64,000 nucleotides of DNA from Bdellovibrionota bacterium (lineage in GTDB: Bacteria > Bdellovibrionota > UBA1018 > CAIPTA01 > JAALKR01), in the NCBI GenBank assembly GCA_965207455.1, contig CBDBMJ010000001.1, positions 1,312,001 through 1,376,000 on the forward strand, read 5' to 3'. Every line of letters begins with the position of its first letter. The first letter of the stretch is position 1. Shown piece after piece: positions 1-9,960 of this stretch. The notes beneath the pieces are model-generated. The model was given only the letters and a program-made list of their open reading frames with translations. It was not told the DNA's origin and searched no databases. The position numbers and the translations under genes were made by a program.

Positions 1-1
1 G

Positions 2-835
2 GAATTCCTTCCCAAACTCAAAGCCAGTAAACAAACGGGGGAAATTTATTTTACGGACACCATTGCTCTGGGTAGCAAGGCAGGTAAAAAAATTGTGGGC
101 ATGGACATATCTGAAGAATACTTAATGGGGGTAAATACAATGGAACAACTAGAAGAAGCAAATCGAGAAATTCGTATGCGTATAGTAAGAGAGTGGCTGG
201 AAAAAGGAGTAAATATTTTGGATATAAACCATACCTATATGGACGCCACCGTAGAGTGCTCCCCAGGAGCCACCATCGAACCCAATACGTATATCTACGG
301 AAAGACGAAGCTAGGAAAGGATGTGCATATTGAATCGGGAGTGCGACTAGAAAATGTGAGTGTGGGAGCAGGAACCCATATACGCGCCAATAGCTATTTG
401 CGGGATTGCACCGTGGGAGAAAATGTGGTGTTAGGACCCATGGCCCATATTCGACCTGGAACCACCGTCGGTAAAAATGCAAAGATAGGAAATTTTGTGG
501 AGCTGAAAAAATCCCATATTGGAAACAATGTGAAAATCAGTCACCTTTCTTATGTGGGGGATACCCAAGTGGGCGACGGCTCCAACCTCAGTTGTGGTTT
601 TATTACCTGTAATTTCGACGGAGTAAAGAAACACAAAACAACGATCGGAGAAAATGTATTTATTGGCAGTGACGTGCAAACCATTGCTCCCATAACTATT
701 GAAGATAATGCCTATATCGCCGCTGGTAGCACCATTCATAAAGATGTTTCCCAAGGCGACTTTGCCATTGCCCGATCCCAACAAACGAACAAAGAAGGCA
801 TGGCTAAGCGATTCTTGGCCAGAAAGAAATCCTAG
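2..835 (+). CDS. glmU: Bifunctional UDP-GlcNAc pyrophosphorylase/glucosamine-1-P acetyltransferase, 5'-partial
   Basis: Frame open from base 2 (GEIYFTD); GVNT, GNFVELK, HLSYVGD, ITCNFDG hexapeptide region; directly upstream of glmS. Confidence 0.95.
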   Translation, partial: EFLPKLKASKQTGEIYFTDTIALGSKAGKKIVGMDISEEYLMGVNTMEQLEEANREIRMRIVREWLEKGVNILDINHTYMDATVECSPGATIEPNTYIYGKTKLGKDVHIESGVRLENVSVGAGTHIRANSYLRDCTVGENVVLGPMAHIRPGTTVGKNAKIGNFVELKKSHIGNNVKISHLSYVGDTQVGDGSNLSCGFITCNFDGVKKHKTTIGENVFIGSDVQTIAPITIEDNAYIAAGSTIHKDVSQGDFAIARSQQTNKEGMAKRFLARKKS

Positions 836-839
836 TTCT

Positions 840-2688
840 ATGTGTGGAATTGTAGGCTATGTGGGAAAAAAACAAGCGCTGGATATTTTGTATACAGGGC
901 TGGAGCGATTGGCGTATAGAGGCTACGACTCTTCTGGCATTGCTCTTATGGATAATAGGACAAACCAAACTCACCTCGCAAAAACACCGGGAAAGTTAGA
1001 GGAGCTGAAAAAGCATTTAAGCACCCTGGAGGGATCTTGGAAAGACAACAGCACAACGGGAATTGCCCATACCCGCTGGGCCACCCATGGAGAATCCACT
1101 CAAGCCAATGCCCATCCCCACAGGTCTGGATCCATCACCATCGTACATAACGGTATTATTGAAAACGCCCGAACGCTAAAAAAATCTCCATGCCTCTCCG
1201 ATACAGACAGCGAGGTGTTTGCCCACATGGTAGCTGAAAAATGTGCAAAAGGAGTGCCTCTTTTAAAAGCCGTAACTTCTTGTTTTTTGCAGTTGGAGGG
1301 AAACTCCGCTTTTTTAGTAATGGACCACAATAATCCCAAAACCATTATTGCCATTCGCAAAGGATCCTCCCCCCTTGTTCTAGGAAAGGGCAACGGAGAA
1401 ACATTGGTAGCAAGCGACACTCCCCCCATCCTCAACCACACTCGCGAAGTATACTTCTTAGAAGAAAACGAAGTGGCTGTGCTCACCCCTGATGGATTCC
1501 AAGTTTTTAATCTACGGGATCAAAAAGAGAAGAAAGGTTTCCCTGGAGACTATCGACTGGGAAGTGGACTCCATGAACAAAAAAGGGTTTCCCCACTTTA
1601 TGCTAAAAGAAATCCACGAACAACCCGACGTTCTTCGACAAACCCTCCAGGGCTGGCTCCACCCCGACGGTAAACAATTGCAATTAAATATAAAAGACAT
1701 GTCCAAAGCAAAAAGCATTCTTCAAAAGGCCTCCACCATACACCTCATTGCCTGCGGCTCCGCCTGGCACAGCACCCTCTACGGCAAAATACTCTTGGAG
1801 CGATTTGCAAGAGTGCCCGTAAACTGCGAACTAGCCCATGAGTTCCGTTACCGCAACCCTGCCCTACAGGATTCCCACCTAGGCATTGTGGTAAGCCAAT
1901 CCGGAGAAACAGCGGACACCCTCGCCGCAGTAAAACTTATGCAAAGCCAGGGCATGGTGGTTTTTTGCATTACTAATGTTCGCGGCTCCTCTATCGACCG
2001 CGCCTGTGACGGCACTTTTCTTATGAAAGCCGGCCTGGAGATAGGCGTGGCCAGCACAAAAGCTCTATGTGCCATGCTTGCCACTTTTGTGACCCTATCC
2101 ATTGTTATGGGTCGCATTCGCAATACGGTCACACAGAGAGAGGAAATACTGTGGAGACAAGCTATTAACCAACTTCCTGCCCAAGTGGAAAAAGCCCTCA
2201 GCCAAACAGACTATAAAAAACTTTCAGAGAAATTTGGCTCCATAAAAGGCTATATTTTTATTGGCAGGGACGTCTACTTCCCCTTGGCCCTAGAGGGTGC
2301 TTTGAAAATTAAAGAAATCGCCTACGTACACGCCGAAGGATTTGCCGGCGGTGAACTCAAGCACGGTCCCCTCGCCCTCGTAGACGAAAACATGCTGGTG
2401 ATTGTACTCGCACCTCAACCCAAAGACCCCACCCACACAAAAATTCTCAGCAACGGTGAAGAAGCCCACGCGCGTGGTGGAAAAATATTCGGCATCGGCA
2501 GCGAAAAAGACGAAGCACTATCTACCCTAAGCGATTTTTTTATCGGTCTGCCTTATGGACCCCTCAAAGAACTCAACGCCATTATATCCCTAATCCCACT
2601 GCAACTACTTTCCTACTACCACGCCAAGGCCAATGGATATCCCATCGACCAACCTAGAAATTTAGCAAAAAGTGTGACAGTGGAATAA
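840..2688 (+). CDS. glmS: Glutamine-fructose-6-phosphate aminotransferase; one +1 frameshift at ~1522-1537 (probable sequencing indel)
   Basis: Starts MCGIVG at 840; YRGYDS, AHTRWATHG, HNGIIEN in the first frame; MLKEIHEQP, SQSGETADT, ELKHGP and C-terminal PRNLAKSVTVE in the second frame. Confidence 0.95.
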
Positions 2689-2691
2689 CTA

Positions 2692-3108
2692 TCAATACTT
2701 TTGCTTTTCTGGAATAACCCCACGAACACCACCTCTGGGATCCAACATATCACCGTTTCGTCGAGGAATTAAATGAATGTGACAGTGCTGTATTGTTTGT
2801 CCCGCATCCTTGCCACTATTAATACCAACATTAAATCCAGAAACCGTTTTATCTGAATTTTTAATCTCGTCTTTCGCACCAGCCATTAAAAAATGAACCG
2901 CGTTTATTTCAGGTTGGTAGAGTGCAAAGTAGTCAGAGACGTGTCGCTTGGGAATTATAAGCGTGTGGTGTTTGGTCACGGGAAAAGCATCTCGAACGGC
3001 ATAACAAAGCTCATTCTCTGTGATAATACGAGGCTTATCTATCTCACAAAAAAGACAATCTTTTTCCCGCTCCTTATAGCTTTCCACCACTCCTCTAAGG
3101 AATAGCAC
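2692..3108 (-). CDS. HIT family hydrolase, possibly the C-terminal remnant of an HNH-HIT fusion
   Basis: CLFC, FPVTKHHTLIIPKRH, AGQTIQHCHIHLIPR histidine triad, PRGGVRGVIP tail. Confidence 0.9.
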   Translation of the reverse strand: MLFLRGVVESYKEREKDCLFCEIDKPRIITENELCYAVRDAFPVTKHHTLIIPKRHVSDYFALYQPEINAVHFLMAGAKDEIKNSDKTVSGFNVGINSGKDAGQTIQHCHIHLIPRRNGDMLDPRGGVRGVIPEKQKY

Positions 3109-3277
3109 AATGCTTGGAGAGTGGAAATTAGGAAAAATAAAAATCGCGTCGCATTACCTCCCCCTCTCTGACCATAAGAGTTATGATTTATAGAAGTTCT
3201 TACAAACAGTATTAAATGTGACGCTGGAACAGATTTATTATACTATTGACTCAAGAAAGTTTTAGGGGAATATCTCG

Positions 3278-4393
3278 GTGATCTATTTTGACAATAATTC
3301 CACAACTAAGTTTTCGCCAAGTGTTGTTCGCTACTTGCAGGAGGATTGCAGTGCGGACTGGGGAAATGCATCGTCTGAGCATTTATTTGGTCAAAATTTA
3401 AAAAAAATCATTGAAGAAGATCGAAGCTATATTTCCAACTTTCTTGACGTATCAAAAAATACTCTTTTATTTACAAGCGGTGCTACAGAATCCATTAATA
3501 GCATTATCCATCCTATTTTTTTCAATGCGAATAAAATAGGCACAATCATTAGTTCCAAGATAGAGCATGAGGCAACACTTGCTGCCATAGACCGATTAGG
3601 GAAAGCTGGCATTACTGTTCTATGGGTTGAAAATGACAAAAATGGAATGATTATTGAAAGAGATTTAGAGCGACTGGTTCGGGAAAATCCCCATGCCCTT
3701 GTTTCCCTATTATATGCAAATAATGAAACAGGCGTGGTGCAAAATGCTAGGAAGATTGTGGAAATTTGTAAGGAATATGGATGCCTCATTCACTTAGACT
3801 CTGCCCAAATGCTGGGCAAGGGTGAACTCAATCTTTCTGATCTAAACCTAGATTTCGCAAGTTTTTCTGCCCATAAAATAGGGGGCTTAAAGGGTATGGG
3901 GCTATTGTATGTAAAAAATCCAGATAATTTTGTCCCCTTTATTCTAGGTGGTGGACAGGAGCAAGGTCTAAGGGGGGGAACATATAATCTAAATGGAATT
4001 AGAAGCTTTCGGCTGGCTCTAGAGGATGCCCAAAAATGGCGTGTAAAAAATATCAAGGAATTACGAGATAGTTTTGAGAGGCAAGTACTAGAGATTAGTG
4101 ATGGAATTATTATTAACTGTCAGGACTCGGATCGTATTTGTAATACAAGCAATGTCTTTTTTCCAAATATACCAAGTCAGGCAGTGGTTTTAGAGCTATC
4201 GAGAAATGATATTTGTGCCTCAACGGGGTCAGCTTGCAATTCAGGAACTGCTGATCCAAGCCATGTGATACAGGGGCTTGACTTGAGTAAGGAATATGCT
4301 GCATCGTGCCTTCGCTTCTCCCTTGCAGATTTTAATACCCATGATGAGATTAATCAGACTGTGAGAATTTTGAAAAAAATTATTTCCAAATAG
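3278..4393 (+). CDS. sspA: Cysteine desulfurase (IscS/DndA/SspA-like)
   Basis: IYFDNNSTT, TSGATES, NNETG, SAHKIGG (PLP Lys), STGSAC (catalytic Cys); adjacent to sspBCD-like genes. Confidence 0.85.
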   Translation: MIYFDNNSTTKFSPSVVRYLQEDCSADWGNASSEHLFGQNLKKIIEEDRSYISNFLDVSKNTLLFTSGATESINSIIHPIFFNANKIGTIISSKIEHEATLAAIDRLGKAGITVLWVENDKNGMIIERDLERLVRENPHALVSLLYANNETGVVQNARKIVEICKEYGCLIHLDSAQMLGKGELNLSDLNLDFASFSAHKIGGLKGMGLLYVKNPDNFVPFILGGGQEQGLRGGTYNLNGIRSFRLALEDAQKWRVKNIKELRDSFERQVLEISDGIIINCQDSDRICNTSNVFFPNIPSQAVVLELSRNDICASTGSACNSGTADPSHVIQGLDLSKEYAASCLRFSLADFNTHDEINQTVRILKKIISK

Positions 4394-4455
4394 CCCGGCA
4401 AGAGACAAAATAATGCTATACATTGAACCGTAATATAATATAAACTGTAGATTGG

Positions 4456-4491
4456 TTAAACTTTAACTATTTACTATTAACTAAAGTTTAA
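4456..4491. promoter_or_regulatory. 10-bp perfect inverted repeat with 16-bp spacer upstream of sspB, candidate operator
   Basis: TTAAACTTTA (4456-4465) ... TAAAGTTTAA (4482-4491). Confidence 0.35.
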
Positions 4492-4502
4492 TTGAAACAA
4501 GG

Positions 4503-5372
4503 GTGTGTGTGGTGAAATTTGGTGGTCATGAAACGTTTCATTTGCGAGACAGTTGGACGTTCAAGGGATTAAAAATGCTAGATGAGCAGGGCGACCTGTT
4601 TCATAACTCTGAAAAATCCATTGAGTTGTTGGGTGTGGGCACTAATATGGTTAAATCCATACGACACTGGTTGATCGCCACAGAGCTTGCTGAAATCAAA
4701 AACGGAGAATTAAACTTAAGTTCCATGGGTACTTTGCTTATGGCTCATGATCAATATTTCGACAGACTTGGCTCAGCATGGATTTTACATTATCTTCTAG
4801 CCTCTAATAAAGAAAGTGCCACCACCTGGTTTTGGTTTTTTAATAAATTTGGCATCAGTGAATTCACATCAGAATCTGCGGTTCATTATTTAGAGAACTA
4901 TTGCTCCTCTTTAAATAAAAGAGTAAATTCCAACACTTTAGTTAGAGACATCAATACATTGTTAAGAATGTATATAGAGCCTGAGTTTACAGGAAATCAA
5001 ACGCCTGAAGATAATAATATCTGCCCCTTATCCAAGCTTTCACTTATTCAGAAACAGAGGAATGGCACCTATAGAGTACATTCTCCTGACTTAGATGAAT
5101 TACCTGTTGAGATATTTGGATATTGTCTCATTCAATTTTGGATAAAAAAATTAAATAAAATCCCTGAATTTTCATTTGATGAGTTGATTAGCAAAGACAC
5201 CTCTCCTGTGAAGATTTTTTGTTTGAACAACGACAAAACAGTGGAGCTATTGAGCATTCTAGTTGAAAAATATCCCAAGCAATTCAGCTACCATAGAGCA
5301 GGGGGATTTTTTACCATCTCCATATATTCATCAAAAATTCAAAAATTATTAAATGCGTATTATGGAGAATAG
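4503..5372 (+). CDS. sspB: DUF4007 family protein (SspB-like); start may be GTG 4512
   Basis: KFGGHETF...W..KG, LGVGTNMVKSIRHWL, D.YF...W.LHY.LA, TTWFWFFN, CPLSKL motifs. Confidence 0.85.
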   Translation: MCVVKFGGHETFHLRDSWTFKGLKMLDEQGDLFHNSEKSIELLGVGTNMVKSIRHWLIATELAEIKNGELNLSSMGTLLMAHDQYFDRLGSAWILHYLLASNKESATTWFWFFNKFGISEFTSESAVHYLENYCSSLNKRVNSNTLVRDINTLLRMYIEPEFTGNQTPEDNNICPLSKLSLIQKQRNGTYRVHSPDLDELPVEIFGYCLIQFWIKKLNKIPEFSFDELISKDTSPVKIFCLNNDKTVELLSILVEKYPKQFSYHRAGGFFTISIYSSKIQKLLNAYYGE

Positions 5373-5373
5373 T

Positions 5374-8300
5374 ATGACGAAGAAAAGAGTAAAACAAAAA
5401 TCCTTGTTTGACGATATCTTGATTAAGGTTGGAAAGAATTTCTCCAGATCCACTAGCTTAAAAATGGATTTTCAAGATAAAAGCTCCTTAAAGCATTTAA
5501 TTGTATCTGAAAAATTCCAAAAAAACTTCAACAGCATTTGTCCTTCATTTATAGATAACAATTCCAATCAAAGAGTTCATGTTATTTCAGGCACTCCTGG
5601 GGTTGGGAAATCTACTTTTGCCGTATTTCTAGCAAGATGTTTATCCAAAGGGAATAAAGGGAAACTGACCACAATTGTTGAACAGCAGGAAAAAATGCTC
5701 TCTGCTAAATTTACGAAAAACTATAAGCAAATAACTAAGGAAAACTACCTGCCCATATTTCTTAATGGAGATGAGGGAGAAATCGAAGATGCTTTTTACG
5801 AAGCACTAAAAGTTGCTTTTACAGAGCATGATCTTTCTCAGGATTTTGAAGGTTTAGCCCAAAAAAATTCAAATAATGCCTTTGGCGTTATTACTAATTG
5901 GAAAAAAAATTATCCATTAAAATTTGAAGAATTTAAGAAATTTGTTGATAGCAATTATGATGAAGGATATGAGAAATTCCAAAAATCATTGAAGAGAAAT
6001 CGAAGAAATGCTCAAAAATTCTTTTTTAAAGCATACAAGCAAATCACAGGAGGAGCAAGTATTGCCTCGTATCGACATGGACAGGTCATAGATTTATATA
6101 AAAATGCAGCTATCCTATTAAATAAGAAAAAGTTTTCAGGGATTTTTATCGCTTATGATGAATTTGGAAAGTACTTAGAGCGAGGGGTGAGACACCCCAA
6201 TGATTTTGACTTGCAGTTTTTGCAGGATATGGCAGAGTTATGCAATAAGGGACAAGAGTCACATATTCACTTGCTTCTAATAACACATTTGCCTATTTCC
6301 CAATATGCCACACAACTTCCAGCATCTATTCAGCAAGAATGGACGAAAATTGAGGGTAGATTCCAGCAGTCTTCGTTCAACAGTAGCTATGAATCAAGCT
6401 ATACAATTCTTGGTTCAGTATTTGAATCCAATATAAAAGCCGACAACCCCAGTGCATGGAAGAAAATTTCCGCACTTTCAAAAAAATGGGTAGATGTAAA
6501 TTCATCTACTCGTAATTTCCCTGACGTATTTAATACTAAGTATGTTGAGGAAATAATAAGCGAGAGTTTCCCTCTTCACCCTTCTGCATTTTGTTTACTG
6601 CCATTATTAAGTGAAAAAGTTGCGCAAAATGAAAGGACGATGTTTTCATTCCTAACAAGAGATGAGGATTCTTCTCTGCCTAGATTTCTAAAGAACAGTT
6701 TTCTTTCAACTGACCAACTAAACTATATTGGCCCTTTTGATTTATACAGTTATTTTAAGCAATTAATTGAAAATGACATGGCAATAGGTGGCGCCTATAA
6801 AATCGGACTCATAGTTAATGAAGTGTTGAACTCTCTAGATAGTTCTCAAAAATGCGAGAAAGATGTAATTTCACTACTGGGAATCGCAACAATTATCAAC
6901 AACAGATCTATTTTCAGAATTACATCAGAGTCCATACAAACCACTTTGTCTGGATTGTATAAAAGTGATGAAGTGGATAAATCCATTAAAACCCTAGAAA
7001 AATCCAAATCCATTATTTATGACCACACAAAATCTGAATATGTTCTTTTTGAAGGTTCTTCCATTGATATTGGAGAAGAGATTAACAAAGCAAGGCAAAC
7101 AAGACTAACAACTGCTGGCTACATTAATATTTTAAAGAAAAATTTCAATCTAAATTTCATAGTGCCCAAAAAATATAATTTTAAAAATGGAATTACTCGA
7201 TATTTCAGAGAAGAGGTCATTTCTATAGAAGAGCTGATGGCAAAAAAAATAGCCACAGACTATTCAAAAGAAGACGGGAAAGTCTATTACGTCATTCCAT
7301 TTACAAATAGCGACATGACGGCAATAAAAAATCATTTAGAAACATTGAATTTAAAATCCAGTGTTTTTGTACTTACAAACAAACCGCTGGAAATTGAGCG
7401 AGAATTATTAGAGCTACACGCAATAGAGGCTGTTTATTCTAAGAAAGAAATTCTATCCTCTGGACCAAAAGTAAAGAAAGAGCTCGATCATCATAGAGAT
7501 ACAGCTAAAGAAATAATAAAAAAATCTTTAAAGAAAGCCAGATCTAATGTGAATATGGATGTAACCGTCAATTATAAAGGCAAGGTTTTATCCAGTAGAG
7601 TTAATCAAATTCTAGATATTTCCAATTTTGTTTCAGATATATGCGAAGAAGAATACCATTCTTATCCTGTTTTTTACAATGAAATGATCAATAAAGCCAA
7701 GGCAAGTACTCCCATAATTCAAGGTAGAATTAGACTGATATCTGCTTTTGACAAGTGCCATTTAAACCGGTATGGAATTGAAGGAGGAGGCCCTGACTTT
7801 TCACTGTACAAGTCACTTTTAAAATCCAACTCCTTTTCTTTTGATACAAACAATGACGGTACTAAGACTATCAATGGCCTTAAGAAAAATAGTACTTTAA
7901 TTCCGCTCTTTGAAGATTTTCTTGCTTTTTTGAAAGAGTCGGAGCAGACCACTATATCCATGGAGACATTAATAGAGAGATGGAGAAAACCACCTTTTGG
8001 CATAAGAGTTCCTTTAATTCCACTTTATATGAATTTATTTTCTCGCATGACTTCCTCTCCAATAAGTTATTTCCATGACGATGTATTTGTAGGAAAGCTA
8101 GATATTGAATTATTTGAAAACTTGATTAAACAGCCCAAAAAATACTCTCTACGAATGCTCCATTTAGATAAAAAAAGAATGGACTTTTTGAAAAGAATTG
8201 GAAATGCTTTTGCCAAAAATATTCCTTATAAATTCAACACCGATAACCTTGATTTTCTGAAAACAGCAAAAATCATTTCAACCTATTATAGCTTAATTCC

Positions 8301-9129
8301 AAGTTTCACAAGAAGATGCCCAGCACTCACGCGACAGCAAAAAAAGCTTATTGCGCAACTTGAGGTTTTTAAGCAACCAGAGGAATTTATTTTATTTGAT
8401 TTGCCAAATGTCTATACAGGAAAGGCATCAGGTGAGCTTACCAGTTCTGAAATAAACAATTTTATTTCTTCCCTAGAATCTGATTTAAATGAAGTATTTA
8501 AAATATACGTTGACCTAGTAGGGCAGCTAGCAGGACTTCAAAAAGAACATTTACTGAAGCTGCAAGAAATAACAGGAAAGCAAGCTTTTCCAACAATAAA
8601 AAAGGGCGCACCATTGGCAAAATATTGGAAAAATGCTTTACTGATGCTATCTGACAAAACTCTATCCTTTCCTTATAGCGACAAAACCCTAATGTTTGTA
8701 AATCGAATCAACCAGTTGAATGATAAAGCAAACAATCAATCCATCGTGGAAACTTTAGCTGATTCTTTAACTGGGGCTAACCCAAAAAGTTGGAGTGAAA
8801 AGGGACTCTCTCTTTTTGAGCATAATATAAGGTCTGCTATTTCTGAAATAAAACAAATTCATTATTTAAATTTAAACAGTGGTGAGGGTGTTACAACTAT
8901 TTCTAGTTTTGATGAATCTGGAAAACCATCTTTCAAAGAGATATTAAAATCCAACTCCCAAACAAAGAAGCTTAGCTCCATCATTAATTCAATTCGGACA
9001 AATATAGAAAATTTAGAAGATATAGAGAAGAACACTGTTCTTTTAGAACTGCTAAATGAGATTAACAATAAAAAAAATCAGCCCACAAAGGTGACTAACA
9101 AGTCAACCATTGGTGCGGCATGGGGGTAA
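5374..9129 (+). CDS. sspC: Large P-loop ATPase (SspC-like)
   Basis: GTPGVGKS Walker A, YDEFGKYLE Walker B, LQDMAE, EWTKIEGRF, FPLHP, AQNERTMFSFL, PPFGI; lies between DUF4007 and PAPS-reductase genes. Confidence 0.85.
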   Translation: MTKKRVKQKSLFDDILIKVGKNFSRSTSLKMDFQDKSSLKHLIVSEKFQKNFNSICPSFIDNNSNQRVHVISGTPGVGKSTFAVFLARCLSKGNKGKLTTIVEQQEKMLSAKFTKNYKQITKENYLPIFLNGDEGEIEDAFYEALKVAFTEHDLSQDFEGLAQKNSNNAFGVITNWKKNYPLKFEEFKKFVDSNYDEGYEKFQKSLKRNRRNAQKFFFKAYKQITGGASIASYRHGQVIDLYKNAAILLNKKKFSGIFIAYDEFGKYLERGVRHPNDFDLQFLQDMAELCNKGQESHIHLLLITHLPISQYATQLPASIQQEWTKIEGRFQQSSFNSSYESSYTILGSVFESNIKADNPSAWKKISALSKKWVDVNSSTRNFPDVFNTKYVEEIISESFPLHPSAFCLLPLLSEKVAQNERTMFSFLTRDEDSSLPRFLKNSFLSTDQLNYIGPFDLYSYFKQLIENDMAIGGAYKIGLIVNEVLNSLDSSQKCEKDVISLLGIATIINNRSIFRITSESIQTTLSGLYKSDEVDKSIKTLEKSKSIIYDHTKSEYVLFEGSSIDIGEEINKARQTRLTTAGYINILKKNFNLNFIVPKKYNFKNGITRYFREEVISIEELMAKKIATDYSKEDGKVYYVIPFTNSDMTAIKNHLETLNLKSSVFVLTNKPLEIERELLELHAIEAVYSKKEILSSGPKVKKELDHHRDTAKEIIKKSLKKARSNVNMDVTVNYKGKVLSSRVNQILDISNFVSDICEEEYHSYPVFYNEMINKAKASTPIIQGRIRLISAFDKCHLNRYGIEGGGPDFSLYKSLLKSNSFSFDTNNDGTKTINGLKKNSTLIPLFEDFLAFLKESEQTTISMETLIERWRKPPFGIRVPLIPLYMNLFSRMTSSPISYFHDDVFVGKLDIELFENLIKQPKKYSLRMLHLDKKRMDFLKRIGNAFAKNIPYKFNTDNLDFLKTAKIISTYYSLIPSFTRRCPALTRQQKKLIAQLEVFKQPEEFILFDLPNVYTGKASGELTSSEINNFISSLESDLNEVFKIYVDLVGQLAGLQKEHLLKLQEITGKQAFPTIKKGAPLAKYWKNALLMLSDKTLSFPYSDKTLMFVNRINQLNDKANNQSIVETLADSLTGANPKSWSEKGLSLFEHNIRSAISEIKQIHYLNLNSGEGVTTISSFDESGKPSFKEILKSNSQTKKLSSIINSIRTNIENLEDIEKNTVLLELLNEINNKKNQPTKVTNKSTIGAAWG

Positions 9130-9133
9130 AAAT

Positions 9134-9952
9134 ATGAATTATTTAGATATAGATTCTACTGCGCGACACATCTGTTCACTATCTGGTGGTAAAGACTCAA
9201 CAGCATTAGCTGTCTACTTAAAAGATAAAATACCCAATATTGAATATGTATTTTGTGATACCGGCTCGGAGCTAACTGAAACATACGATTTCCTAGACCG
9301 TGTGGAAGCATATTTAGGTGCTAAAATTGTTCGTTTAAATAGTGGAAAGGGTTTTGAGGAGTATTTAAATAAACACATGAACTATCTACCCTCTCCCATG
9401 TCTCGATGGTGTACCGCTGAAATGAAAATTAGACCTTATGAGCAATATATTGGTAAAGATAAATGCTATTCTTATGTGGGAATTCGAGCTGATGAAAATC
9501 GAGAGGGCTATATATCAAAGAATGATAATATTATCCCTAAATATCCCTTTAAAGAGGATGGAATTGATAGAGCAGGAGTCTATAAAATTTTAGAGGACTC
9601 TGGTCTTGGTTTGCCAAAATATTATGAATGGCGTTCCCGTTCCGGTTGTTATTTTTGTTTTTTCCAGCGGTCTATTGAGTGGGTTGGTCTACTGGAGCGT
9701 CACCCCAAACTATTTGAGAAAGCAGAAGCATTTGAAAAAATGGGATATCGAGGTGACAAAGTAGATTTCACTTGGGTCAAGGGACGAACACTGGACTGGA
9801 TAAGAAAAAATAAAGATGAGATTAAAAAAAGGCATAACGACAGGATGAAGAAAACACTTGAAAAAAAAGTACACACCAATATACATGATGTTTTTGAGAG
9901 TGCTGCTAGTGAGGAATCATCGGCAAGAGCCTGTAATATTTGTGACTTATAA
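9134..9952 (+). CDS. sspD: PAPS reductase-family protein (SspD-like)
   Basis: SGGKDS PP-loop, FCDTG, RWCT, GIRADE, RSGCYFCFFQ, C-terminal CNIC. Confidence 0.88.
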   Translation: MNYLDIDSTARHICSLSGGKDSTALAVYLKDKIPNIEYVFCDTGSELTETYDFLDRVEAYLGAKIVRLNSGKGFEEYLNKHMNYLPSPMSRWCTAEMKIRPYEQYIGKDKCYSYVGIRADENREGYISKNDNIIPKYPFKEDGIDRAGVYKILEDSGLGLPKYYEWRSRSGCYFCFFQRSIEWVGLLERHPKLFEKAEAFEKMGYRGDKVDFTWVKGRTLDWIRKNKDEIKKRHNDRMKKTLEKKVHTNIHDVFESAASEESSARACNICDL

Positions 9953-9960
9953 GAGATATA

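Noticed and set aside
1522..1537. Programmed frameshift or true split of glmS
   Set aside because: Normally essential gene, single extra base in an A/G run, similar indels elsewhere in the window; sequencing error is more likely.
3110..3193. 27-codon ORF as a displaced N-terminus of the ClC gene
   Set aside because: No supporting homology can be seen; too speculative.
2640..3277. Tn7 transposon at attTn7
   Set aside because: No tnsABCD/tniQ genes and no recognisable TGT...ACA ends with TnsB repeats; the HIT coding sequence occupies the expected insertion point.
4503..9952. BREX type 4
   Set aside because: No pglZ or brxL, and DUF4007 and the PAPS reductase are separate genes in sspBCD order.
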